Source of the DNA: an uncultured Clostridia bacterium
GTDB taxonomy: Bacteria; Bacillota; Clostridia; TANB77; CAG-508
Reading direction: 5' to 3'
Assembly (NCBI GenBank): GCA_949155365.1
Contig: CASCUT010000001.1
Coordinates: 64,515-128,514 of the forward strand
DNA length: 64,000 nucleotides
The notes under the pieces were generated by a model. It searched no databases, was not told the DNA's origin, and saw only the letters and a program-made list of their open reading frames with translations. The position numbers were made by a program, and so were the translations under genes. Shown one piece after another: positions 19,198 through 30,164 of the stretch; within the stretch, counting starts at the first letter, position 1; each line of letters begins with the position of its first letter.

Positions 19198-20922
19198 CTA
19201 TTCTTGTTTTCTCTTTCTATTTTTTTTGAAAGAATATCCCAAAAGTAATATTCCTAACCCTATTCCCAAAACAGAAATTACCATTGATAATTTCATTTGC
19301 AATGTCCCCTCATAATGCAATTCTAATATTCCTTCTTGCATTTGTGGAAGTGTTGTTCCTAAAAATCCATTTTCTGTTTCATAGGTTTCTAATTCTATTA
19401 CCTTATCTTCTTTTTTTAGTATTACTTCATATCCCAAATAATAAATATAGGGTAATTCTACTTTTGTATTTTCTACTACATTACTTAATTTACAAGTTAA
19501 ATTTGTATTTTCTTTTTTTGCTTGTTCTATTTGTGCATCTCCTTCTATTACTTTTATTTCATCGTTCCTTGTCTCTAAGTAACTTCTATTTTCAAATGCT
19601 TTACATGGCAAATATTCAAAGCTAGCACATCCTGCATGAACTCTTCCTGTATTTGCTGTTACTGGTACTGTCTCAATTAATCGTTCTTCATTTAATTCTT
19701 CTGTATATGGCAAATGACTGGTAAAAGGTATACTTATTAGTATTAATAGGATTAGAATCATAGCAATGTCTCTATATTTTATTTTTCTTATTATCAGCTT
19801 TGCATTTACTGCTACAATAAAAGCAAAGAAGAAGGAAGAAAACTCTAGTAGTCGATAAGAAAATTGTATCATTTTCAATATGGATGGCAAATATTCAAAT
19901 GGGAATATTTTTAATGTCATAATGACACACACAATGCCTCCTATAAGAGAAAATAGATAAAAATAATAAAAGTCTGTATGAAGCCACTTTTTCTTCAACT
20001 TTTTTATTGCAATCGGTGAGGCTAACAATAAAATAATGCTTAATATCCCAATTTCATATATCCAAATATGATGAGAAGGGGTAATAAATAATTCGAGTAG
20101 GTTTAATTTAAAAGCAATTAATACTTCTGTTCTTTCCATTCTTCCTGGTTTAAAAACTTCATAATTGATTGCTTGTTTATGTTCTAATAGAGGCACCCAA
20201 AAAAAGCTTGTTATCACAAGGATAAAAATAGCGGAAATAAGAATTTTATTTCTTATGTTTCGCTTTTTCAACTTCTTTCCTTGTACCATTAGATAAATAG
20301 CACATAAAATAGCAGTATACATGGTGATAACCGTATGCGTTAGTACTAATCCAATACTTCCTACTATTAATCCTACTTCTCTTTTTGGTTTTTCTTTTAG
20401 TATTCCATACAATCCACCAAATATCATAGGTAGAAACACAAAAGAGGTTAATTCTGCTAATGCATTACGGATATACATATCATTTAATCGATAGGGTGCA
20501 AAAATGTAGAATATTCCTGCTATTACTGCTATTTTGGTGTTCTTCGTTATTTCTTTTGTACAAAAATACATGGTAATAGCAGATAAAAAGGTAACTGCAA
20601 ACATAAATAGTTTAATACAAGCAATAAAAGAAACTCCTAACAACTTAAATAACAATGGTACATATGCTGTAAGTGGGCTATAAAACAAGTTCCAAGAATA
20701 GCCAAACCCATTACAAAATTTCGACATGATAACTGGGAAAAATGTCCCTTCTTCTATGGTTTGATATGTGCCAATTAATCTACTAATGTGTTGCACTCCA
20801 TCATCATAACCTATATTTAAGTTTGCATTTAAAAGAGGAAGGCAAACAAAAATGGAAGCAATACACAGTATCATAATATTTTTTAGGTTTTCTTTTTTTG
20901 GTATTTGCTTTATTTTTTCCAT
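19198..20922 (-). CDS. polytopic membrane protein, GT-C-like glycosyltransferase candidate (paralogue 2)
   Basis: 574 aa, more than 10 TM segments, first-loop motif GYDDGVQHISRL, C-terminal soluble domain plus final TM. Paralogous to the upstream gene. Confidence 0.45.
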   Translation of the reverse strand: MEKIKQIPKKENLKNIMILCIASIFVCLPLLNANLNIGYDDGVQHISRLIGTYQTIEEGTFFPVIMSKFCNGFGYSWNLFYSPLTAYVPLLFKLLGVSFIACIKLFMFAVTFLSAITMYFCTKEITKNTKIAVIAGIFYIFAPYRLNDMYIRNALAELTSFVFLPMIFGGLYGILKEKPKREVGLIVGSIGLVLTHTVITMYTAILCAIYLMVQGKKLKKRNIRNKILISAIFILVITSFFWVPLLEHKQAINYEVFKPGRMERTEVLIAFKLNLLELFITPSHHIWIYEIGILSIILLLASPIAIKKLKKKWLHTDFYYFYLFSLIGGIVCVIMTLKIFPFEYLPSILKMIQFSYRLLEFSSFFFAFIVAVNAKLIIRKIKYRDIAMILILLILISIPFTSHLPYTEELNEERLIETVPVTANTGRVHAGCASFEYLPCKAFENRSYLETRNDEIKVIEGDAQIEQAKKENTNLTCKLSNVVENTKVELPYIYYLGYEVILKKEDKVIELETYETENGFLGTTLPQMQEGILELHYEGTLQMKLSMVISVLGIGLGILLLGYSFKKNRKRKQE

Positions 20923-20945
20923 TTCTTTTTCCTTCCTTCTTCTTT

Positions 20946-22682
20946 TTATTTATTTTTCTTTTTTTCATATTGGATGTAAATAATAAATCCAATTAAGCTA
21001 ATCGCAGATACTATGTAAGAAATTGTAGTAATAATTGTTCCTACATATTCTACTTTTATGGTTCCTTGTGTTATTTCTTTTGGTAATTTACAAGAAAGAT
21101 AACCATTTTGGGATTCTATCGCTGTTATTTTCTCTATTTTTCCTTCTGTTTCTAAAGTTATTTCATAGCCTGGATAATAGTAATATGGGAATTCTAATAT
21201 GGTATCTTTCCTTGCTTGTTTTATGCTTATTTCATCTTTTAAATTCTCTTTTCTTTCTTCCTCAATATCGGCTTTTCCTTCTAGTATGTAGGTTACCTCT
21301 TTTCGATTTAAGACATAAGTATGTTGCAACAACAATGCTCTTAATGGCATATAATCACGATTAATTTGTCGATGTGATATTTTAATGTTTTCTTTAATAT
21401 ACGTTTCATATTCTATATCTTTTTGCTTATCTGTTGTATAGAATTGTGACATAATTTTCATGCTAGCAGAAATAGAAATGACCATAATAAGCAACGAGAT
21501 TAGGATTTCTATACTCTGTTTTTTGCTTATCTTCTTTATGACATAATATAAATTGCTTCCACATACAATACTTGCAAAGAAGATAAAAAATCCTAACATA
21601 CGCCAAGGATACTGCAATTTACAAAGGAAGTTTGGCATAGTAATCCATGGAAAAAATCTTCCTACCATAAAAAGCGAAATTAAGGCAAAAATAACACTTA
21701 ATAAATAGAATTCTTGATACTTTTTGTCTACTTTCGTAGCAACTACTATCGTAAGGAAAAACAACAAAATTGTTGGTATTCCAAGAACAAAGGTAGTTCC
21801 ATTTTCTTCCCCTATGTCTTTTACTAGTTGCAAATAGGATAAAGTATTGGCAAAAGCAAATTCTTTATTGGTACGCATTACTTCATCATTCATAATGGTA
21901 TATTCGGCACTTGTTGTTGCCTCTAATAATGGCATCCAAAAAAGCATACTAATCAATAATACAAAAATTCCATTTATGATACATTTTTTTAAGATTTCTT
22001 TGTCCTTTAACGCTTTTATATGAAATAGTATATACAAAATGCAAAAAATGGCGGTATATACCGTTGTTACACTATGTGATAACATTAAGCATGTTGCTCC
22101 AATTGCAATGTAATAGTGTTTTTTTCTATCTTGCTCAAATAAATTGTACAAGCCTAAAAATACAATTGGAATGAATACCATGCCAACAAATTCACCAATC
22201 GCATATCTTTTATAAACATTGGCTAGTTTATATGGTGCAATCATGTAAAAGACTGCTGAAAAGAACGCAATTGCCCTTTTTCCTGTTACTTGGTAGACGA
22301 ATTGGTACATGGTTATTCCGGATAGCACAATCGCTATTACGGCAAAGATTTTTAATGCTCCCATATAGGTTTGGGTAAATAATTTAATAAGAAGCGGTAA
22401 GTATGTTACAAGTGGCGGATAAAATAAATTCATCGAATATCCTGCACCATTGCAATAATTTTGATTTATTAATGGTGGAAATTGCCCTATTTTTAAGGTA
22501 TCTACAGTTCCAATCAAACGTAGCATATGAAGCGAACCATCATGCGAATCTCGAATCTGAACCAAATTTAAAAAAGGAATACTTAATATTATTCCTATTA
22601 TTGCTATTAGAAGATAGTGAATCCATTTGTTTTGTTTGATTTGTTTTATTCCATTCTCTAAATATTTTTTTATCTTTATCAT
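20946..22682 (-). CDS. polytopic membrane protein, GT-C-like glycosyltransferase candidate (paralogue 1)
   Basis: Same architecture (RDSHDGSLHMLRL first loop). Start moved to MIKIKKYLENG because the longer ORF start lies inside a near-consensus promoter. Confidence 0.45.
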   Translation of the reverse strand: MIKIKKYLENGIKQIKQNKWIHYLLIAIIGIILSIPFLNLVQIRDSHDGSLHMLRLIGTVDTLKIGQFPPLINQNYCNGAGYSMNLFYPPLVTYLPLLIKLFTQTYMGALKIFAVIAIVLSGITMYQFVYQVTGKRAIAFFSAVFYMIAPYKLANVYKRYAIGEFVGMVFIPIVFLGLYNLFEQDRKKHYYIAIGATCLMLSHSVTTVYTAIFCILYILFHIKALKDKEILKKCIINGIFVLLISMLFWMPLLEATTSAEYTIMNDEVMRTNKEFAFANTLSYLQLVKDIGEENGTTFVLGIPTILLFFLTIVVATKVDKKYQEFYLLSVIFALISLFMVGRFFPWITMPNFLCKLQYPWRMLGFFIFFASIVCGSNLYYVIKKISKKQSIEILISLLIMVISISASMKIMSQFYTTDKQKDIEYETYIKENIKISHRQINRDYMPLRALLLQHTYVLNRKEVTYILEGKADIEEERKENLKDEISIKQARKDTILEFPYYYYPGYEITLETEGKIEKITAIESQNGYLSCKLPKEITQGTIKVEYVGTIITTISYIVSAISLIGFIIYIQYEKKKNK

Positions 22683-22712
22683 ATGCGAAAATCCCTCTTT
22701 TATTTTTTCTTT

Positions 22713-22742
22713 ATTATATCGTAGTAATTGTATGATATGCAA
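22713..22742 (-). promoter_or_regulatory. sigma-A-type promoter
   Basis: Minus strand TTGCAT, 18 nt, TATAAT, upstream of the 20946-22682 gene. Confidence 0.5.
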
Positions 22743-22788
22743 CAAAAAAGCACAATATTTTTAAAATATTGTACTCCCACTTTTTTTA

Positions 22789-22971
22789 TTAGTTTTCTTT
22801 TTTTGCTACTACTTCTTTTCCATTGTAGTATCCGCAATTAGAGCAAACTCTATGTTGCATCATCATTTCATGACAATGTGGACATGCTACTAAATTTTTA
22901 TTCTCTAATTTCCATGTTGATCTTTTTAGACCTGTTCTTGCTTTTGACCATCTTCTTTTTGGTTGTGCCAT
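22789..22971 (-). CDS. rpmF: 50S ribosomal protein L32
   Basis: MAQPKRRWSKARTG...CPHCHE...CSNCGYY, typical zinc-ribbon L32. Confidence 0.9.
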   Translation of the reverse strand: MAQPKRRWSKARTGLKRSTWKLENKNLVACPHCHEMMMQHRVCSNCGYYNGKEVVAKKEN

Positions 22972-23160
22972 TTTTTATTCCCCCCTTGTAATTTATCTTT
23001 ATGTATCTATTTTTACATAGTTTTTCTTTTTTCAGTACCATAAAATTATACTAATTTTTTTATTCTTTGTCAATAGGTTATCAAAAAGTTTTTTTGTGCT
23101 TTTGTAAAAATGGAAAATCCCCTCTTCTTAACTACAAGAAAAGGGGATTACATTTACAAT

Positions 23161-23619
23161 TTATGCTATTTTTATTAAATAACCTTTTTTTTGATCTTCT
23201 GGTACGGAATCAATATACTGTTCTACTATTTTGTTCCTTGCTTCTAACTCAACAGAAGAAAAATAATGATTTTCTTTGCATATTCTCAGAAATTCATGGA
23301 TTGCCTCTTTGCCATACCGGTTTACCCAGTTTTCATTCGGAATTTCGATTGTTACATAGGCCCTCTCCTCTTTCGCCAGTTCAAAGACTTCTATCTTTCC
23401 AACTATTTTTCCTTTCTTCGATTTAATGGCTAAAATCCACTTGTAGTTTTCCGGTTTTCCCAGTTTTCTTATTTCTTCTTTGAGTTGCTTTATCTGTGCT
23501 TCTTTTTTATCTGGTTCCATAGAAAAAAACTGTAAATAATAATCTTTTACTTCCTCTGTTTTCATGTTACTAATGTCTAATAACCGTCGTATCCCTTTCT
23601 GGTTATCAAAATTGTGCAT
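23161..23619 (-). CDS. GNAT-family N-acetyltransferase (probable)
   Basis: 152 aa. IEIPNENWVNRYGKEAIHEFLRICKE resembles the RimJ/RimL-type acetyl-CoA motif (..GKGYGTEA..). Two in-frame CGG codons. Confidence 0.5.
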   Translation of the reverse strand: MHNFDNQKGIRRLLDISNMKTEEVKDYYLQFFSMEPDKKEAQIKQLKEEIRKLGKPENYKWILAIKSKKGKIVGKIEVFELAKEERAYVTIEIPNENWVNRYGKEAIHEFLRICKENHYFSSVELEARNKIVEQYIDSVPEDQKKGYLIKIA

Positions 23620-23792
23620 AATATGTCCTCCTTGTTTACATTTTATGATAACTAATTATACCATACCTTCATTGCTTTTTTCAATCCTTTTTTCATATTT
23701 TTTAATAAAATCCTATTTTACCTTGCTTTTTGTAGGATTTACATGGTATAATTATGTTATCTATTAATTATTGTTATAGGAGGCAATTATAT

Positions 23793-24062
23793 ATGGCAAA
23801 TACCATTCGGCACAGACCACATAACCTTTATCATTTTGTGAAGGCGCATCCAGAGTTAAAATTAGAACTCATTTCTGAGAAAGAGCTTTCTGTTACTTTC
23901 CCCGAAAATTGTTCTACTACCACCTTGATTATGCATGATGGCAACATTGTTTTTCTCCAGTATGCTACCTTCGATTCACCCGAATTGTTTACCTATGATG
24001 CTTTAAAAGATTTTCATTACTATCAAAATCTTAAGAAACTTATTGCAGAGTTATCAAACTAA
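23793..24062 (+). CDS. hypothetical protein
   Basis: ATG preceded by TAGGAGG; 89 aa; no motif. Confidence 0.4.
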   Translation: MANTIRHRPHNLYHFVKAHPELKLELISEKELSVTFPENCSTTTLIMHDGNIVFLQYATFDSPELFTYDALKDFHYYQNLKKLIAELSN

Positions 24063-24070
24063 GTACCTTT

Positions 24071-24109
24071 AAAGAGGCGGAAACAGAGTCCCTGTTTCTG
24101 CCTCTTTTT
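24071..24109 (+). terminator. rho-independent terminator
   Basis: AAAGAGGCGGAAACAG-AGTCC-CTGTTTCTGCCTCTTTTT. Confidence 0.7.
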
Positions 24110-24214
24110 CCTATTCTTTATTGTTTGGTTCTATTTAAAAATCTATTGTCATTTTTTCTTACTTTTGCATATACTATTAAAACAAAATAAATAGATTAGG
24201 AGGCTTTTATTTGT

Positions 24215-26068
24215 ATGTGTGGAATTGTTGGATTTGTCAATTTTAAGCAAGAACGAGAACAAGAAAAAGAGAAAGCTATTTTATCTGCTATGTTAGATAA
24301 AATTTCTAAACGTGGGCCAGATGAAGATGGTTATTTTATTCACCCAAATGCTATGCTTGGACATAAACGTTTAATTGTTGTTGATCCTGTTGGCGGTGTT
24401 CAGCCAATGAGTTGTAAGTTTCATGATAATACCTATACAATTGTTTATAATGGGCAATTATATAATGCAGTTGAATTAAGAGAAGAACTTATTTCTCATG
24501 GTTTTACTTTTGAAACCAATTCGGATACTGAAGTATTATTAAAAAGTTATATTCATTTTGGAAACTCTGTTGTAAACCATTTGAATGGTATTTTTGCTTT
24601 TAGTATTTGGAATGAAAAAAAGAAAGAATTATTTTTTGCTAGAGACCATTTTGGTGTAAAACCTTTCTATTATTCTCTCCTTAATTCTTATTTTATTTTT
24701 GCTTCTGAAGTAAAATCTTTATTCGCCTTTCCTTCTCTTTCTCCTAGAATAGGAAAAGAGGGCATCTGTGAGTTGTTTGGTCTTGGTCCTTGTCATACTT
24801 CTGGTAATGGCATTTTCAAGGATGTTTTTGAATTACGTCCTGCTCACTTTGGCATTTATAATCAAGATGGTCTTCACCTTGAACGTTATTGGAAATTAGA
24901 AAGTAACCCTCATGAAGATAGTTTAGGAACCACTTGTGAAAAGGTAAGATTTTTATTGGAAGACTCTATTAAACGACAACTTGTTTCAGATGTCCCATTA
25001 TGTACCTTTCTTTCTGGTGGATTAGATTCTAGCATTATTACTCTTTATGCTTCTAATTACTGCAAAGAGCATGGATTAGAACCTTTAAATACCTTTTCCG
25101 TTGACTATGTAGACAATGATAAGAATTTTCAAAAAACCGATTTTCAACCAAATTCGGATCAGTTTTATATTGATATTATGAAACAAAAACTAAATACCAA
25201 ACATAAAACAATCGTACTTGATACGCCAGAACTTGCTACTTTTCTAGAAGATGCTATGATTGCTCGTGACTATCCTGGAATGGCAGATGTTGACTCTTCT
25301 CTTCTTTTGTTTTGCAAAAAAGTAAAGCCAGAAGCAACTGTTGCTCTAACTGGTGAATGTGCGGATGAAATTTTTGGAGGATATCCTTGGTTTTTTAGAG
25401 AAGATGCCCTAAGTAGTAATACTTTCCCATGGTCTATTGCTCTAAACGAAAGACAAACATTATTACATCCTAGTATTACCAAAGAAGTAAATTTAAAAGA
25501 TTATATCGATTATCGTTATCAGGAAAGTTTAGCAGAAGTCGATATTTTAGATACCGATTCGAAGGAGACTGCCGAAAAAAGAAGAATTTCTCATTTAACT
25601 TTAAATTGGTTCATGCAAACATTGTTAGATAGAAGTGACCGAATGGCAATGTACAATGGTTTTGAACTTCGTGTTCCTTTTTGTGACTATCGATTAGCCC
25701 AATATGTATGGAATATCCCTTGGGAAATGAAGGCATTAAATGGAAGAGAAAAAGGACTTTTACGCTATATTATGAAAGATATTCTTCCTTCTGAAATTGT
25801 AGATAGAAAGAAGAGCCCTTATCCTAAAACTTGGAACCCTACTTACCTTGCTTGTGTAAAACAAATGCTAACAAATATTATGGAAGATAAAAATGCGCCT
25901 ATCCATGGTTTGTTAAATCGAGATTACATTTTGGAAATTTTAGAAACCGATGGAAAAGCATTTAGTAGGCCTTGGTTTGGTCAATTAATGACAGGGCCTC
26001 AACTTATGGCTTACCTTTGCCAAGTAAATATGTGGCTTGAGAGGTATCAACCTAAGATTGAATTGTAA
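24215..26068 (+). CDS. asnB: asparagine synthase (glutamine-hydrolysing)
   Basis: MCGIVGF N-terminal nucleophile, SGGLDSS PP-loop, 617 aa. Confidence 0.9.
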   Translation: MCGIVGFVNFKQEREQEKEKAILSAMLDKISKRGPDEDGYFIHPNAMLGHKRLIVVDPVGGVQPMSCKFHDNTYTIVYNGQLYNAVELREELISHGFTFETNSDTEVLLKSYIHFGNSVVNHLNGIFAFSIWNEKKKELFFARDHFGVKPFYYSLLNSYFIFASEVKSLFAFPSLSPRIGKEGICELFGLGPCHTSGNGIFKDVFELRPAHFGIYNQDGLHLERYWKLESNPHEDSLGTTCEKVRFLLEDSIKRQLVSDVPLCTFLSGGLDSSIITLYASNYCKEHGLEPLNTFSVDYVDNDKNFQKTDFQPNSDQFYIDIMKQKLNTKHKTIVLDTPELATFLEDAMIARDYPGMADVDSSLLLFCKKVKPEATVALTGECADEIFGGYPWFFREDALSSNTFPWSIALNERQTLLHPSITKEVNLKDYIDYRYQESLAEVDILDTDSKETAEKRRISHLTLNWFMQTLLDRSDRMAMYNGFELRVPFCDYRLAQYVWNIPWEMKALNGREKGLLRYIMKDILPSEIVDRKKSPYPKTWNPTYLACVKQMLTNIMEDKNAPIHGLLNRDYILEILETDGKAFSRPWFGQLMTGPQLMAYLCQVNMWLERYQPKIEL

Positions 26069-26120
26069 TATAAGTAAAGTGGTCGCAATGCGACCGCTTT
26101 TACTTGCTTCACTCATTTTT

Positions 26121-26975
26121 TTATTCTCCTTGCGGTAATTTATTACTAGCAATTTTCTTGCTTTCTGTTTTTACTCTTCTTTCTAATTTTTTCAAGTCTT
26201 CTGCTGGTTTAAGATTTTCTGGTTTGATCCCTCTTTTATTTAACATACTTCTCACACTTAAATTATTATCTATGTGTTCGCCTGTTATGCTTTCTTCTCC
26301 ATACATATCTTTTTCAGTAACATTATAATTTGTCATTTCTGTCGCTAAGTTTTTTGCTGCTATTGTTAATGTTGGTAAAAAATCTGCAAGAGGTCTATTT
26401 TCTTTTACTCCATATTTTTCCTTCATTTGCATTGTATTTAAACCTCCAAATAAAGCAGAATCTCCTTCTGAACGAATTCTTGCAAATTCTAAATCATCTA
26501 CTCCTCTTTCATAAATATTTTTTGATAATTGTTTTTCTGATTCTTTTAATTTCTCTCTTGCTTCTAATCTGTTCATTAGTTTTATTCTATCTTCAATTAT
26601 TTCTTGTTTTCTAGTTTGTACTGCAAAATAGCTTTGAGCAAATGCTATTTCTTCTTTTTTAGAATCTCCATTTTGAGCAATTAGGTAGCAACCATATCTT
26701 GTTAACATATAGTCTTGTAATTTTCTGTTTGCTCCAGAACCTATTTAAACCATTTTCGTAACCTTACGAAAATGGTTTTCTACACTTATACCAGCACTTT
26801 CGCAAGATTGCATTGCTTTTTTTATAGCTTCAATAAAATTTTCCCATCTTTTATAGCCAAGCTGATTTTGTAAATCTCTAGCATACCAAAATTCTACATT
26901 TTCATTTTCTTCTTTGTTAATAATAGCATCAAACTTTTCTTTTAACTCCACTATTTTTTCTTTTTTAAATTCCAT
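26121..26975 (-). pseudogene. dinD: DNA-damage-inducible protein D (DinD-like) interrupted by in-frame TAA at 26745-26747
   Basis: ORFs 26745-27002 and 26121-26708 are in the same frame: ...[36 protein letters not shown].... N-terminal FWYARDLQNQLGYKRWENF matches the DinD/Bro-N-like region. Confidence 0.65.
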
Positions 26976-27215
26976 ATACATCACTCCATATAAAATACTC
27001 ATAATAACATATTTGAAATTGTATATTGGTTTATTTATTGGTACACTTATCTCTCTGATTTATATGATATTATTGTTTTTATATTTCAAAACATTTGTTC
27101 TTGTTTGTCAAGTAGTTTTTTTCTATCTTTTCTTCCTGTTTGATATTTCTTTGTGACAACCAAACAAAAAATGTAGGCAACTGCCTACATTTTTTATACA
27201 AACGTCAATTCTTTT

Positions 27216-28721
27216 TTATATTGTAGCGTTTGTTTGTATTTGATTTGTTGTTATTTCGTTTGTTGTTATCTCATTTGTTGTCACTTCGCTATTGGTTGTT
27301 TTGTTATCCGTTGTTTCATTATTTTTTGAAGATTTTGTTTCATCATTTAATTCTTCTAAGTTTGTTATATTTTGATTTGCATATTCAATCACATTATAAG
27401 ATGTTCCTCTGTTAACCATCGTATATTCTTCTCTTCCATTATTTATCGTAGAATACACTGTTTCTAGCCATGGTGGAACAAGTTCTCTTCCTAGCCAGTT
27501 TACAATACCATAATAGGTCACCTTTTTCTTCTCCGTTGTTTCAAGTTCTTTTGCTACTACAATTCCTTTAATGGCTGGAATGGTTAAAATATTATTGGTT
27601 GTTTTGTCACTTGCAATACACCCCATTCCATCGTACTCAATTGGTAAAATAAGGTTTCCTTTTTTGTCATACATACCCCATTTTTCATTTTGTTTTACTG
27701 GTATTGCGTGGTTATATAATAAATAAGGATTTTTTATGTTGCTGGTTTGGAATGGTTCTGCATTAATGCCTATTTGGTCATATTCTAAGTAAATTAATAT
27801 TTTTCCGTTTTTTTCGATAACACCTTTTTTATCGTTGTTCGTTGCTAAATATAAGTTTAAGTCCTTATCAATTTGTTTTAGACTATCATATTGTGGTTGT
27901 ACTTTTGTTTCTCCTTCTGATGTAATAATTCCCACTTTATTTTCTGTTGTTTTTACAATGAACTCTTGTGTACTTTCGATAAATTCAATGCTAGTATATT
28001 TGGTTCCTACGATTTCTTTATTATCTAATGTTGATATACCATAATGGATATTTTTTGTATTGTTTTTTGTATCTGTATTTTCTACATCCTGTGTTACGAT
28101 TAATCCATATAACAATGCTTTTTGATTTTTAAAATTATTCGCTACTGATGCGTATGTATTATTTTTTACATAATAGTCTGCATAGTATGGTAATGTATAA
28201 ATGGTAATTTGATTTTCTTCTGGTTCATAGTAGAATTTTAAATTACAAGCTAAGCTAAGTCCTTCTGATGTAATATATAATTTATTGTTTTTACGCTTAA
28301 TTGGCACTTCTATTTCAAAATATTCATAATCCACTTCTTCTGCTGGTGTTTTATAAATGGTTGTTTCATCTTTTTCAAAAATACAAATTTCATTTTGTCC
28401 TTCTAAATAACATTTATCATTATCTTCTGTGTATTCTTTGTAGCCCCCATTATAATGTTTGTATCCTATGATAGGAGCAATATCTCGTAATGATACATAA
28501 ACGGTATCTCCTTCATAAAGAAATAAATCATTTGTGGTTACAGAAGTTTTTACTCCATCTACATTAAACTTAAATAGTTGCTCTTTTAGATAATAAATGG
28601 TAATAAATAAGATGATACTAATAATAAAAAGTGCAATAATGGCGATTGTAATCCATACCATCATTTTTTTTGCTTTTCTATTTTTTTCTTCTTGATTTGT
28701 TCCGATGATTTCCATATCCAT
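27216..28721 (-). CDS. membrane-anchored WG-repeat (KWG-type) protein with T/N-rich C-terminal tail
   Basis: N-terminal TM. Repeats such as NEKWGMYDKKGNLILPIEYD, KKGVIEKNGKILIYLEYD, NKVGIITSEGETKVQPQYD. Tail TTNEITTNEITTNQIQTN. Confidence 0.6.
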   Translation of the reverse strand: MDMEIIGTNQEEKNRKAKKMMVWITIAIIALFIISIILFITIYYLKEQLFKFNVDGVKTSVTTNDLFLYEGDTVYVSLRDIAPIIGYKHYNGGYKEYTEDNDKCYLEGQNEICIFEKDETTIYKTPAEEVDYEYFEIEVPIKRKNNKLYITSEGLSLACNLKFYYEPEENQITIYTLPYYADYYVKNNTYASVANNFKNQKALLYGLIVTQDVENTDTKNNTKNIHYGISTLDNKEIVGTKYTSIEFIESTQEFIVKTTENKVGIITSEGETKVQPQYDSLKQIDKDLNLYLATNNDKKGVIEKNGKILIYLEYDQIGINAEPFQTSNIKNPYLLYNHAIPVKQNEKWGMYDKKGNLILPIEYDGMGCIASDKTTNNILTIPAIKGIVVAKELETTEKKKVTYYGIVNWLGRELVPPWLETVYSTINNGREEYTMVNRGTSYNVIEYANQNITNLEELNDETKSSKNNETTDNKTTNSEVTTNEITTNEITTNQIQTNATI

Positions 28722-28739
28722 CCTCCGTTTTCTTTTGTT

Positions 28740-29897
<1,158 letters not shown>

Positions 29898-29988
29898 TTA
29901 TTATACTAATTTTAGTAAAAAAAATCAATTGTTTCCTATGTTTTTTTACTTCTTACCTTTGCACTTTGCTATGTAAAATCCAAAACAA

Positions 29989-30034
29989 AAAGAGCAAACT
30001 CTTAGTTGCAATCACTTTCACGAGTTTGCTCTTT
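29989..30034 (-). terminator. rho-independent terminator of the 30141-31139 gene
   Basis: Minus strand AAGAGCAAACTC-loop-GAGTTTGCTCTT followed by TTTTGTTTTG. A diverged copy of the same hairpin is at 31296-31339. Confidence 0.65.
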
Positions 30035-30075
30035 ATTATATCATTTTCTTGTTAAATTTCTTGTGTTATAGTTAA

Positions 30076-30164
30076 GTCAAAATCTCTGTCCTGATGTCTA
30101 AAATCTCCGTCCCGATGTCTAGTCCCGATGTCTAACGATGTCAAAAATCTCCGTCCCCATGTCT
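30076..30164. repeat. GGGAC-core element, subfamily D: about 3.5 degenerate tandem copies
   Basis: GTCAAAATCTCTGTCCTGATGTCT / AAAATCTCCGTCCCGATGTCT / AGTCCCGATGTCT / AAAAATCTCCGTCCCCATGTCT. The last copy encodes the C-terminal residues and stop of the adjacent ORF. Confidence 0.8.

Noticed and set aside
23317-23319. CGG reassigned to glycine. In the GNAT ORF the CGG aligns with the Gly of the GKGYG-type motif, and C-x2-C-CGG in the Cys-rich protein would give a common CxxCG.
   Set aside because: The two 183-bp repeat units differ CGG versus CGA among mostly synonymous changes, which argues for CGG = Arg. Simple reassignment also cannot repair the five split genes, which need a one-base frame change.
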